DNA from: Candidatus Latescibacterota bacterium
GTDB lineage: Bacteria; Latescibacterota; UBA2968
Length of the DNA stretch: 64,000 nucleotides
Direction of reading: 5' to 3'
NCBI GenBank assembly: GCA_038279365.1
Contig: JAYODI010000013.1
Coordinates: forward strand, 1-64,000
Shown here one piece after another: positions 50,624 through 60,548 of the stretch. The translations under genes and the position numbers were made by a program. Numbering within the stretch: the stretch's first letter is position 1; every line of letters starts with the position of its first letter. The notes under the pieces were generated by a model, which did no database searches, was not told the DNA's origin, and was given only the letters and a program-made list of their open reading frames with translations.

Positions 50624-51460
50624 TCATTTATCAAACCATATCCGCAGTGGGGTTGTTTCTAAAATTTCTGTCTGCTCAACCAAGCTCAATCCCCAAGCTT
50701 CCCTTACCAAAGCCAAATGCTGTGCATACGTGGCTTTCTTAAGCCACAATTCACACGGAAAATCAGAACCCCACATACACCGATTTGCACCAAATGCCTG
50801 CACGATCTTTTTAACAATGGCAACCATATCTAAAAAAGGATACCCCATATCCGAACCCGTAACTGCAAATGTCAACTTAACGTTTAAGTTCTTAAATTTC
50901 GCCAATGCCATTACACGCCGAACGGTTTCTGAATCCACCCCATCCGCAGCTTTTGGATAGGCTGCATGATCCAACACCACAGGCACCTCAGGATAGGCCT
51001 TTAACATATTTGCCAATTGCCCCACAAATTGCGATTGAATATGCGCACAAATTACCACCCCCAACTCACGCGCCTTTTTCCAAAGCCGATGTGCACCCTC
51101 ATGGTCATAAATTGCAGGAGAGGCTTTTGTAGGTTCCATACGCAACCCCTTTACCTGAAACCCATCTACCAAACGCTCAAGCATACGCACACTTTCTTCT
51201 GCTACAGGATCCAATGTACACACGCCCACGGCCCAATCTGTATTTGCTTTTGCCGTATCGGCCAACAAACGATTGTCCCACTGATAAGCCGACCCTGTTT
51301 GTACCAACACCACCCGCCCAATGTCATTATCCAAAGCATTTTGCTTTAAATGGGCAATGGTGCCCGTACCCTTTGGTGGACGCAGTGGATCAGATTTCAT
51401 TGGATACAACACTTCGTCTTCATGATAAATATGCGCATGAGTATCAACAACAGTCATCAC
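50624..51460 (-). CDS. Amidohydrolase family 2 protein (lactonase-like)
   Basis: DTHAH, VLVQ, VVLDH, VKL, RCMWGSDFP. Confidence 0.88.
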   Translation of the reverse strand: MMTVVDTHAHIYHEDEVLYPMKSDPLRPPKGTGTIAHLKQNALDNDIGRVVLVQTGSAYQWDNRLLADTAKANTDWAVGVCTLDPVAEESVRMLERLVDGFQVKGLRMEPTKASPAIYDHEGAHRLWKKARELGVVICAHIQSQFVGQLANMLKAYPEVPVVLDHAAYPKAADGVDSETVRRVMALAKFKNLNVKLTFAVTGSDMGYPFLDMVAIVKKIVQAFGANRCMWGSDFPCELWLKKATYAQHLALVREAWGLSLVEQTEILETTPLRIWFDK

Positions 51461-51671
51461 CAGTATCCTCTTACCAGTTTATCATATTCACCGTCTCAAG
51501 ATTTGCAATGTACGGTAATCTCCAATGACAATCAAACGCCTTTTTTGCATAAGGTTCACAATATTTTCATGCGATCTCGGCAACCGGAATTTTCTCAAAA
51601 CACACAATTTCGAAACCTCAAAACAAATATTGGGTCTAACCTCATAGACCCCAAGCCTCAAGGAGACCACA

Positions 51672-52550
51672 ATGCTACACCACATGCTCATCGCCGTTTT
51701 ATGTCTGACCTCCTGTATTTCTTCGGCCAGTGCCAAATCGGAAATTGAAGAAACCATTGAACAAACACTCGATTTTAAATCGGGTCAACAGCTCAAAGTG
51801 TCGGGCGTCAATGGCAGCATCACCATCAAAGTCGGAAACGAAAATCGCATTCACATGGTGGCCATCAAAAAAGCCAAAGCAAAAACCAAAAAAGAAGCCC
51901 AAGACGTGCTTGATGCCACTTGGATTGAGATATTGCCCATCACAGATGGCCTCAAGATCGCAACCAAACACCCAAACAAAAAGATGCTCCGTGGAGGCAA
52001 AAGCGTCCTTGTCAACTACACACTCACCGTTCCTCAGGTTTTAACTCTGAGTGCAAGCACCACCAATGGAGAAATTGAGATAGCAAACACCGAGGGTGAA
52101 ATACGCGCAAAAACCACGAATGGAAAAATCACCATTGATGGTTCAAAAGGCGTCCTCATCACAAGAACCACAAACGGTGAAATCGAAATTAAAAATGTTG
52201 CAGGTTCAGTTGATGCAAAAACCACAAATGGTGGCATCAAATTAGATCAAATTCGTGGCGGTATCAATGCAAAAACCACAAATGGATCAGTGGATGGCAA
52301 TATTATTAAATTGCCCAATGAGTCTGTTCAAATTCAAACCACCAATGGCAGAATTTCACTCACCCTACCAACAGATGTTCAAGCCCAACTTAAAGCACAA
52401 ACCGCAAATGGCAGAATTTCAACCGACATTCCGATCACCCTTCAAGGAAATTTTAGCCGCAGATTCCTTCAGGGAGCACTTAATGGTGGCGGCAATATCC
52501 ATATCAGCCTACAAACCACCAATGGCAACATTAACATAGATCCACAATAA
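51672..52550 (+). CDS. DUF4097-type beta-strand repeat exported protein
   Basis: Signal peptide and repeated TTNG-x-I units. Confidence 0.85.
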   Translation: MLHHMLIAVLCLTSCISSASAKSEIEETIEQTLDFKSGQQLKVSGVNGSITIKVGNENRIHMVAIKKAKAKTKKEAQDVLDATWIEILPITDGLKIATKHPNKKMLRGGKSVLVNYTLTVPQVLTLSASTTNGEIEIANTEGEIRAKTTNGKITIDGSKGVLITRTTNGEIEIKNVAGSVDAKTTNGGIKLDQIRGGINAKTTNGSVDGNIIKLPNESVQIQTTNGRISLTLPTDVQAQLKAQTANGRISTDIPITLQGNFSRRFLQGALNGGGNIHISLQTTNGNINIDPQ

Positions 52551-52588
52551 AAAAAAGCGAATGATTCGTCTGCGTCATTCGCTTTTTT
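52551..52588. terminator. Bidirectional intrinsic terminator
   Basis: AAAAAAGCGAATGA/TCATTCGCTTTTTT. Confidence 0.88.
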
Positions 52589-52607
52589 ATGTCTATTTAA
52601 AAATACG

Positions 52608-54800
52608 CTACACCAACGTATCACCCAACTTTATAGCCTTACCATTCCAACGCAACGTATCACCATTTACCAAAATCAAATTCTCAATCTTACCATCCCC
52701 CACCATCATTCCACCCGCCTCCGCATTTGTTTCCCCTAAACCGGCTCGAATCAATCCCGTGCCCAATTCAGCTTGCACAAAATAAAACGCCTTGCCATCA
52801 TCAAATCCCACACGTCCAGCAATGGCCGCCCGTTCCCCCTCTGCCATGACCGGAAATGTATCGACTTGCACCACGGGCGACTTTTCACCTGCACGAATGG
52901 GGTACAACACATAAGACATCACCACAGTGCCCTTGCCCTGCGCTTTAAAAACTGGTGTGGGAATGGGCTGACATTCATAGGGCTTGCCACGCGGTATCCA
53001 ACCTTGCACAATGGGTTCTTCTTGCCCTGAAACCACCTCAATCGAAAATTCTGTATTGGCAATGCCATAAATACCAAAATTGCTTTCACCGACCCCATTT
53101 CGCGTTTCTACTCCCCGCCCATCTTGAACCAACGCCGCACCATCGGCATCCAAATGAAACATTGCGTCATAGGTATGTACATTTTCATCCGAAGCCTTCA
53201 AAAAATCGGTCACAATCCAAAAGTCGGGCTTTACAAACAGAATAGATCGTGTATGTGTCACCGTTGTGTCGCGTTCGGGGCCATATCCCAAATCATAACT
53301 GGCCGACACATAGTCAAAATGTTTTTCTGAAATCCACGTATGTGGCAAAGGTTCTGACACCACATATTCTTCACGAGGTTTTCCGCGCTGATTTTGCTCC
53401 AGACCATCGACCATCACCGTATTATGCGCCCGAGTGGACAATACATAGGCACGCCATTGCGACGAATCATATGGGTAATTGCCAGGGTCAACAACATGCA
53501 CGCGACCATAGGCATACACCATCATATTCAATTTGTCTTCATGTTGGTGGCCATATCCAAACGGCCCACCATCAAAAAACAAATACCGATCTTGTTCATC
53601 CCATCCAGATCGCATCACAAAATGCCCCGCATAAGGAAACGCACTCGACACATTGGCAGGTGCAGTACCCTCTTTACGACCCGTTGCCGCCCATTGAAAA
53701 TCTTTGCGTTTAGGGAAAAACTTAAATCCACCTCGCAAATACGTGCTGATATCGGTCTGACCGCCATCATTGAGTGCAGGCATCAACAAATTGGGCATGG
53801 CCATAAACAAATCGTAGTGGTACATGCGCTCCAATTTATCTACAAAATCATCCGGTACAGGCATCCCATTCAGTTGCCCAATCGCATATCCCATCACAAA
53901 ATTGCGCAAGCTCACCTGATGATATCCACTTGAAAGTTCTATTTGCGCCCCATCGGGATACACCTGTGCGTCCAATTCCAAATACAACGATTGTATCGCC
54001 AAATCGCGCCATTTTTCAGCTTCTTTAAACTCTGGAAACAACACCCCCACATGATATTGCCCATTGGCCTGCATCGTTTGCCAATTGCCCCCCCGTGGCC
54101 ACAACGTTAAATGTCGGGCGTGTTCCACCATACTTTTAACCATCAAACACACATCGTCATTGGTAAATGTGGGAGATGACAAAAAATAATAAAAAGCCGC
54201 AGGCCATGTTTGCCCCATCCGAATGCCACACTCAATGGTGCGCCAGCAATTCGTTTCAGACGTTCCCATCTTGGCATCGGTTTTCCACCCATTGCCATCT
54301 TCACCCACAGGCACCAACACATTTCCAATCCAATGGCGCATCTGCCTCACAAATGCTTGGGCATATTTTTCATCACCCGTTTTCCAATAGGCCTGCCCCA
54401 GTGTCACCCAAAAAGGATGACGCGACAACTGCCACGTCCACTCTTTGTAATTAATTGGGTCCAATTCCCAGTTGATCTCATCGCCAAAGTCTTGTTCCAC
54501 CCGGCAACTGGTAAGCACATTGGCCACAATGCGATCGGCAAAATCCAAATCCACATTTTTGATGGCACGATCCCCCACCCGCACCAACTCCACCTCGGCA
54601 TCGCGATCTTGAGGCTCAGAACGGTTCTTCCAATCGGCAAACCAAATCGGCTTTTCACGGCTGCGCACATGTTCGGCAAACGCCTTTTTTGCACCTGCCC
54701 AATCGCCCGTATCAACAGCCACCTTCACCGCTTTTAAATCTTCACGCGACAAATCCATTGCATCGAAAAAATCCTGATCACTTAATCGGGGGCCATTCAT
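52608..54800 (-). CDS. Heparinase II/III family lyase (PL12-like), no signal peptide
   Basis: WQLSRH, WRTIE.G.R, GNW, PDGAQIELSSGYH, MRSGW, HQHEDKL, AHNTV. GGAGG before ATG 54800. Confidence 0.85.
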   Translation of the reverse strand: MNGPRLSDQDFFDAMDLSREDLKAVKVAVDTGDWAGAKKAFAEHVRSREKPIWFADWKNRSEPQDRDAEVELVRVGDRAIKNVDLDFADRIVANVLTSCRVEQDFGDEINWELDPINYKEWTWQLSRHPFWVTLGQAYWKTGDEKYAQAFVRQMRHWIGNVLVPVGEDGNGWKTDAKMGTSETNCWRTIECGIRMGQTWPAAFYYFLSSPTFTNDDVCLMVKSMVEHARHLTLWPRGGNWQTMQANGQYHVGVLFPEFKEAEKWRDLAIQSLYLELDAQVYPDGAQIELSSGYHQVSLRNFVMGYAIGQLNGMPVPDDFVDKLERMYHYDLFMAMPNLLMPALNDGGQTDISTYLRGGFKFFPKRKDFQWAATGRKEGTAPANVSSAFPYAGHFVMRSGWDEQDRYLFFDGGPFGYGHQHEDKLNMMVYAYGRVHVVDPGNYPYDSSQWRAYVLSTRAHNTVMVDGLEQNQRGKPREEYVVSEPLPHTWISEKHFDYVSASYDLGYGPERDTTVTHTRSILFVKPDFWIVTDFLKASDENVHTYDAMFHLDADGAALVQDGRGVETRNGVGESNFGIYGIANTEFSIEVVSGQEEPIVQGWIPRGKPYECQPIPTPVFKAQGKGTVVMSYVLYPIRAGEKSPVVQVDTFPVMAEGERAAIAGRVGFDDGKAFYFVQAELGTGLIRAGLGETNAEAGGMMVGDGKIENLILVNGDTLRWNGKAIKLGDTLV

Positions 54801-54834
54801 CACATCCTCCAATACGTTAAAATATCACAACCGC

Positions 54835-54899
54835 TTGACAAACCACATCACACACTTATACTTACACTGCGAAACTGCGAAACAACAAATCTGCGAAAC
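54835..54899 (+). promoter_or_regulatory. Sigma70 promoter followed by three CTGCGAAAC direct repeats
   Basis: TTGACA-N16-TATACT (54835-54862); repeats start at 54867, 54875 and 54891. Confidence 0.65.
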
Positions 54900-54954
54900 A
54901 AAACCTATTCGTCCATTTGCCTCTACACTTTAAAAATTTCCCAAAGTGAACATC

Positions 54955-56382
54955 ATGCACCTACCCAACAACCTCGTTCTCGAAGCCCAAGGCCGTGTTT
55001 GCACCGGCCCCCACCAATCACGCCCGCTTGGCAAAAAAGCCGATGACCCACAACCCGAACCTGTGCTTGAGGCCATTCTCCAAACCCTCCAAGGCCAACA
55101 CCCGCAACCTGTTTCAACCGCACAAATGGGTGCTTTTTTTATTGCCATGAATTTGCGCCGAAATTTTCCGGAAGCAACCAACTGGAGCCAGGCAGAAACC
55201 CAAGCGTTTGCCCAATATAATACCTCATTACAAAAACACCTAACACCAGATCTCGCGTTCATTCTTGGTTTAGAGTCTGATTGCGCGGCCGAAACCGAAC
55301 AAGAAAAAATAGTTATCGACGCACTCAAAATCATCATGACCGAACAACATTTGTCATACGCACAAACGCGACAAATGTGTGAAGTCATTTTGACCCCTCA
55401 GGTGCGCGATTCCTTAAAAGGGGCCGTGCTTATTGGTCAACGCATGAACCGTGAAACCGACGACGAAGTACGCGGTTATCTCGACTCCGCCTTTTCACCC
55501 GACAGTGTCTACTCCGTCAATGCCACCAACCTCACCCATTTTGGCCAACCCTACAATGGCTCCACACGCTACTTTAAGCCGACCCTCTTTGTTGCGGCCA
55601 TACGCGCGGCTCTTGGTCGTCCCAGTGTGCTTCACGGCGTTGACACACTCCCGCCCAAGTGGGGTGTTACCGAAGAGCAAATGCTCACCGCCCTCAACTG
55701 TCGCACCAACCTTTCTCTGCAAGAAGTCGCCCAAAACCTCGAAAACCCAAACATTGGCTTTGCCTACATCAGCCAACGTGAATACGCGCCTCAAGCCTAC
55801 TCGATTCGTGACATTCGTGCCCACATTGGCAAGCGCCCCCCTTGGTCTGCCACCGAAAAGGCCCAACAAATTTTCTCCTGTACAGGAACCAATCACATTG
55901 TGATCGGCTACTACCACGCCGGTTACGAACGCCCCCTGCTCAACCTCGTTTGGGCGCGCAATTTTCAATCTGCCCTCGCCATCAAAGGCGAAGAAGGCAC
56001 CAGTCATTTTTCTTTGCGCCTTGGCAAACCATCCGACGAAGAGCGCAAAGCCATCAACTATGCCCAAGGGTTCCATCGTCTCAACAACCAACGACAAGAT
56101 TTTGCCTGCGATGTCGATCCTGCTCAATACGGCTTGGAACACGATCCCAACCCACGCCCCGAGGCTGTCGATCCACAAACCTTCGTCCAACTCGGTATCG
56201 CCGCACTATCAGGAGAAAAAGGTCACGTTTACGACCGACTCATTCTCAACACCGCCCTCACCGATCACCTGCTCGGTTTTACAGCAGATCCACATCAAGC
56301 CATAACCGAAACCCAAAAAGCCATTGACTCTGGGCGTGCATATGCACACCTGCAAAATTATATCACCCAAAATGCAAAATAA
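54955..56382 (+). CDS. Anthranilate phosphoribosyltransferase-like protein (TrpD2/YbiB-like, glycosyltransferase family 3)
   Basis: AQMGAFF, HFGQPYNG..RY, LHGV..LPPKWGVT, IGKRPP..TEK, KGEEG; lacks the canonical TrpD GTGGD. Confidence 0.78.
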   Translation: MHLPNNLVLEAQGRVCTGPHQSRPLGKKADDPQPEPVLEAILQTLQGQHPQPVSTAQMGAFFIAMNLRRNFPEATNWSQAETQAFAQYNTSLQKHLTPDLAFILGLESDCAAETEQEKIVIDALKIIMTEQHLSYAQTRQMCEVILTPQVRDSLKGAVLIGQRMNRETDDEVRGYLDSAFSPDSVYSVNATNLTHFGQPYNGSTRYFKPTLFVAAIRAALGRPSVLHGVDTLPPKWGVTEEQMLTALNCRTNLSLQEVAQNLENPNIGFAYISQREYAPQAYSIRDIRAHIGKRPPWSATEKAQQIFSCTGTNHIVIGYYHAGYERPLLNLVWARNFQSALAIKGEEGTSHFSLRLGKPSDEERKAINYAQGFHRLNNQRQDFACDVDPAQYGLEHDPNPRPEAVDPQTFVQLGIAALSGEKGHVYDRLILNTALTDHLLGFTADPHQAITETQKAIDSGRAYAHLQNYITQNAK

Positions 56383-56400
56383 ATCCTTCCCTTAAAAACA

Positions 56401-56436
56401 AAAAGCCCCCAACCAAGTTATTGGTTGGGGGCTTTT
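56401..56436. terminator. Bidirectional intrinsic terminator
   Basis: AAAAGCCCCCAACCAA/TTGGTTGGGGGCTTTT. Confidence 0.9.
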
Positions 56437-56454
56437 CTACATCGGCATCTGTTT

Positions 56455-57096
56455 TCAATTTCCGGCCCAACGCACCCCTTGCGTAATCACCTGTTGCATC
56501 GCGGGTCGTTCAAATGTATTGGGGCCATGCCCAAGGGTGGTATAAAATACCCGCCCATCCCCGTAGGGTTTTACCCACGCCATAGGATGTTGTTTTTCTG
56601 CCCACTCGGCAGTTGCCAACACATGAATATCGGGATCCCAAGCAGACATATATATTTCATCTTCTACTTCAAAGTCATCAACACCACGCATAATACGATG
56701 ATCTGAGTCTGTAATATGAACCGTAAATGTCAAACCTGGCGGGTGCCAATTTGCATGACCACCAATTAAATCAACTGCTCGCCCACCAATCCACCACGCC
56801 GTACCGTGAATGCCCACCAAGCCTTTCCCTCCTGCAACAAACTTAAAAAGGCCATCTTCCTGTGCTGGCGTCAAATCGGGCACGCGCTTGCTTGAGCCAT
56901 CAGCTTGTTTTTCAGAACGCCGAAAACCTGTACCAAATACCATCACATCAAATTCGGCCATCTTATCCGATTGCAAAATGTCTTTATCTTCTTCTATAGT
57001 GACATCCAAATCGTTTTCTTTGCTTAAAAATGCGTGAATCACCTCTGCACTTTGATTAAATCGATGATTTGGACCCGACAACACAAGCACCTTCAT
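56455..57096 (-). CDS. ThuA-like (class I GATase-like) domain protein
   Basis: FVAGGKGLVGIH, HPP, DEIY, YGDGRVFYTTLGH. Confidence 0.88.
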   Translation of the reverse strand: MKVLVLSGPNHRFNQSAEVIHAFLSKENDLDVTIEEDKDILQSDKMAEFDVMVFGTGFRRSEKQADGSSKRVPDLTPAQEDGLFKFVAGGKGLVGIHGTAWWIGGRAVDLIGGHANWHPPGLTFTVHITDSDHRIMRGVDDFEVEDEIYMSAWDPDIHVLATAEWAEKQHPMAWVKPYGDGRVFYTTLGHGPNTFERPAMQQVITQGVRWAGN

Positions 57097-57140
57097 AACA
57101 ACCTCCCTGAGAACAATTCAATCATAAAAATCAAGTCACC

Positions 57141-57169
57141 TTGCACATCTCAAAATATCGAAGTATACT
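57141..57169 (+). promoter_or_regulatory. Sigma70-type promoter
   Basis: TTGCAC-N17-TATACT. Confidence 0.6.
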
Positions 57170-57259
57170 TATAAGAAGAACAAATAAGAAACATTAACAG
57201 GCTACATATCATCCTACAGATAAATTCATTTTCTTTTTTAATTTGCAGGGAGGGTTGCC

Positions 57260-57451
57260 ATGCAAACGCTAAAAGATGTTTTGAAACGCGAAAACGAACG
57301 GGTCCACTTAAAAAACGGAGCCATCTGTATATCCATTGTGATCATTGTTGTCTTGCTTGCATTTGGGCTCAAAGGCATGCACTTCGCCTTCCAACAATCG
57401 CCCCCCACAACACCAACCTCTGTTATTACAGATGGTGAAAACAACAACTAA
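57260..57451 (+). CDS. Small single-pass membrane protein (63 aa)
   Basis: GGGAGG RBS, one TM helix, its own promoter and terminator. Confidence 0.7.
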   Translation: MQTLKDVLKRENERVHLKNGAICISIVIIVVLLAFGLKGMHFAFQQSPPTTPTSVITDGENNN

Positions 57452-57460
57452 ATGCACCTC

Positions 57461-57494
57461 ATCGCGAGTCATACGAAATGACTCGCGATTTTTT
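57461..57494 (+). terminator. Intrinsic terminator
   Basis: ATCGCGAGTCAT/ATGACTCGCGAT followed by a T run. Confidence 0.88.
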
Positions 57495-57636
57495 GCGCTT
57501 GCAATATGTCACCATAAAATGTTTCTGTCAACAGCGAACCCATTGACAAGTTTCTCAAATCCCATTTATATTTCAACACAGATCACCCAACTTCTTTCTT
57601 TTATATTTATCTTTCACGCCCACTTTGAGCCATGAA

Positions 57637-58563
57637 ATGTCCTATCATAAAATTTGCATCTTCCGCACGGGTGCATTGGGCGACGTCATTCTCACATTGC
57701 CCGTCATTCATAACCTGCAATACGCATTCCCCCTAACCCACATAGACCTTATTGGCAATCCCAACCTTTTATCTCTTGCACCCACGAATCACATTCAAAT
57801 CCACGACATCAACCGTGCCTTATGGGCACCTTTATTTGCACCCAATGCTCAAATCCCACCAGAGATCACCCACATCTTTCAAAACACCGACCTCGTCATC
57901 TCTTACTTACCCGATCCCGACCAAGCACTGACTCACAACCTCCACAATTTAGGTGTTACACAAATAGATACCTGCTTGCCACGTCCCCCCAAAACCATTC
58001 ACGCAACAGACCACTTGCTTACCCCCTTGCACAACCGCAACATCCCCACCCCCATCACCCACCCCACCATTCAACTCAACCAAAAAGATTTCCCAGATAT
58101 TACACGCCCACATCCAAAATATGCCACATTGCTCATCCACCCAGGAAGCGGTGGCAAAAACAAATGTTGGTCACCCAACCATTTCGCCATCACCGCAGAC
58201 ACCCTCATTCGTCAAACAGGATGCCAGGTCTTCCTATCCTCTGGCCCTGCCGATGGCAACTTGGCTGAAAAAATAAGCCATCTTATGACGGAAAAAAATA
58301 CCCTGTTGCCCCCTTTGCCCATACGACAATTTGCTGCATTTATGACCACCTGCCAAGCCTATTTGGGCAATGACAGTGGGCCAACACATCTTGCAGCCGC
58401 TCTTGGATTACCCACCCTTGCACTCTTTGGCCCCACCAACCCACAAATATGGTCCCCCCGGGGGCCTCAAGTACACATTATTCAATCTTCCAATCAACAC
58501 ATCAATACCATTTTACCCTCCTCTGTTGTCAAAACCCTCACACCACTGCTCTCCCAAACCTAA
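57637..58563 (+). CDS. Glycosyltransferase family 9 (heptosyltransferase-like)
   Basis: GALGDVIL, IHPGSGG..KCW, GNDSGPTHLAAA, LFGPT. Confidence 0.9.
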   Translation: MSYHKICIFRTGALGDVILTLPVIHNLQYAFPLTHIDLIGNPNLLSLAPTNHIQIHDINRALWAPLFAPNAQIPPEITHIFQNTDLVISYLPDPDQALTHNLHNLGVTQIDTCLPRPPKTIHATDHLLTPLHNRNIPTPITHPTIQLNQKDFPDITRPHPKYATLLIHPGSGGKNKCWSPNHFAITADTLIRQTGCQVFLSSGPADGNLAEKISHLMTEKNTLLPPLPIRQFAAFMTTCQAYLGNDSGPTHLAAALGLPTLALFGPTNPQIWSPRGPQVHIIQSSNQHINTILPSSVVKTLTPLLSQT

Positions 58564-58590
58564 AGCCAAATTTCACCCGTTTGTTCCCGC

Positions 58591-58619
58591 TTGACTGATC
58601 TCCACAAACTCGGTAAGAT
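58591..58619 (+). promoter_or_regulatory. Sigma70-type promoter
   Basis: TTGACT-N17-TAAGAT. Confidence 0.65.
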
Positions 58620-58680
58620 TATATGCTCAAATATCTCACAAGTTGATTTTATCTTAACCCATACAGCTTATATCCTCTTT

Positions 58681-59037
58681 ATGAAATCACTCCTCTTAGT
58701 GGATCACGGATCTCGCCGAGCCGAAGCCAATAACATGCTCGAAGATGTTGCCCATATCCTACGCCAAAAACGTCCAGGTCTGATCATCCAGATTGCCCAC
58801 ATGGAACTGGCCGAGCCTACCATCGCACAAGGCATCCAAGCATGTGTTCAAAACGGTGCAACAGAAATTATCGTACACCCCTATATGCTTTCACCTGGCA
58901 GACATGCAACTCAAGACATTCCCCAAATGGCACAAGAAGCCGCCCAAGCGTATCCCAACATCACAGTCACCACAACTGCCCCCTTGGGCCTTCACGAAAA
59001 ATTAGCCGACGTTGTGCTCGAACGCACCAACCTATAA
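58681..59037 (+). CDS. Short CbiX/SirB-type chelatase domain protein
   Basis: VDHGSR, HMELAEP, PYMLSPGRH..DIP, PLG.H. Confidence 0.9.
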   Translation: MKSLLLVDHGSRRAEANNMLEDVAHILRQKRPGLIIQIAHMELAEPTIAQGIQACVQNGATEIIVHPYMLSPGRHATQDIPQMAQEAAQAYPNITVTTTAPLGLHEKLADVVLERTNL

Positions 59038-59072
59038 TCTCATAAAAAACACTTCACCTACTTGGAAATCCT

Positions 59073-60257
59073 ATGTCCGCCCCACCACAAACATCACTTC
59101 GTCGTGTCTGGTATGTCACTGGTGCACACTTGGCCATTGACTTTTACATGACACTCACCCCTCCCTTGTGGGCCTTTTTTCAAACCTACTTCTCGCTCAC
59201 AGTGGCACAATTTGCCTATTTGCCATCAGCCATTGTTTTTTGTGGTTCCATCACCCAACCCTTCATGGGCTATTTTAGCGATGGCCGCAACCGCATGGCC
59301 CTTGTGGCTCTCGGCGTTCTTATTTGTGGTGTATTCGTCTCCTGCATTGGCTTTGCTCCTTCTGCGCTATTCTTAGCTCTCTTCTTAATCTTTGCTGCTT
59401 TTGGATCATCCCTTTTCCACCCCACCGCAGGTGGCTTGGTCACGGCACTTGCCCCCAAACGTGCCAACTTGGCCATGGCCATCTTCCTTACGGGTGGCAC
59501 ATTGGGCATGACATTGGCCTCTGTGGCAGGCACCCAAATTGTTGAAAATTACGGCTTAGAATACCTCTACCTCATCGCCATTCCCGCCCTCATTATTGCC
59601 CCCATACTCTACTATCAATCGCGCCAAATGTCATTGGGCGAACACAACACCAATGCCGGAAAAATAGACTTTTCCGTCTTGCGTGCTGCCGAAACACGCC
59701 CCCTTTGGACACTTTATTTCATCAGCGTCTTTCGCTCCGTCATCCACACAGGTTTTGTCAGCTTTACGGCCATCTTAGGCGCTTCACGCGGTTGGTCCAC
59801 TGGCACCATCGGCTGGATATTCTCTGGCTACTTACTTGCCAGCACCATTGGTCGTCTATCAGGCGGTTACCTTGCCGACCGCATGTCTCAACGCAAACTA
59901 TTGGCCTTTTCTTGTGGTTCATCGGCCATCTTTCACGCCGCCTTTTGCCTCACCGACGGCCCTCTTTCCATTGCTTGCCTTTGGATCGCGGGCTTCACCT
60001 TCGACTTAGGCATCACCACCAACATCGCCCTTGCCCAACGCTTTCTCCCTCGCAATACCAGCACGGCCACAGGCCTCATGATGGGCTTCTCCTGGAGCGT
60101 TGCTGGCATCGCCATGTTAGGAGTAGGTCGCGTAGCCGAATGGACATCCATTGCCACCGCACTTACAGGCGTCTCCCTCTTTCTCATACCCGCCACCCTC
60201 TTAGTGGCCCTCTTACCCTCCGAATCCCAACGCGCCAATACCATCGCCGCCGACTAA
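59073..60257 (+). CDS. MFS transporter (Fsr-like)
   Basis: About 12 TM helices, H..ID, QPFMGYFSD, SLFHP, GGYLADR. Confidence 0.9.
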   Translation: MSAPPQTSLRRVWYVTGAHLAIDFYMTLTPPLWAFFQTYFSLTVAQFAYLPSAIVFCGSITQPFMGYFSDGRNRMALVALGVLICGVFVSCIGFAPSALFLALFLIFAAFGSSLFHPTAGGLVTALAPKRANLAMAIFLTGGTLGMTLASVAGTQIVENYGLEYLYLIAIPALIIAPILYYQSRQMSLGEHNTNAGKIDFSVLRAAETRPLWTLYFISVFRSVIHTGFVSFTAILGASRGWSTGTIGWIFSGYLLASTIGRLSGGYLADRMSQRKLLAFSCGSSAIFHAAFCLTDGPLSIACLWIAGFTFDLGITTNIALAQRFLPRNTSTATGLMMGFSWSVAGIAMLGVGRVAEWTSIATALTGVSLFLIPATLLVALLPSESQRANTIAAD

Positions 60258-60548
60258 TCGCCCATGAAAAATCTACTCACACAAAAACCATCCCACCGCG
60301 TCAATCCATCAACGATTTTCCGCGCCAAATCCGTGGTCCACAATCTCTATAAACACCTCCTCAGGTTGCAGGCTATCTTATTCCATGAACCCTCACAAGT
60401 GATTTGCAGAAAATCAGCCCCCCCGGCACTTGATGGGCGACTGTTTGTCCCACTTTTTAGTCGTTTACAAAGTGGGGCGCCGAAGGCAACTCGCCCAAAT
60501 AAACCGCCCCAAAATTTCACAAACGCACCATTCATCACAAAACCGACC

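Noticed and set aside
58591-58680. N-terminal extension of the CbiX-like ORF (similar extensions on sodA, ArsR, queG and YHYH)
   Set aside because: These extensions overlap promoter elements or precede a better start (RBS or motif evidence), so downstream starts were used.
60355-60495. Glycine riboswitch (CTCAGG and CGCCGAAGG words)
   Set aside because: The motifs are in the wrong order, the GGAGA element is missing, and the downstream gene is unrelated.
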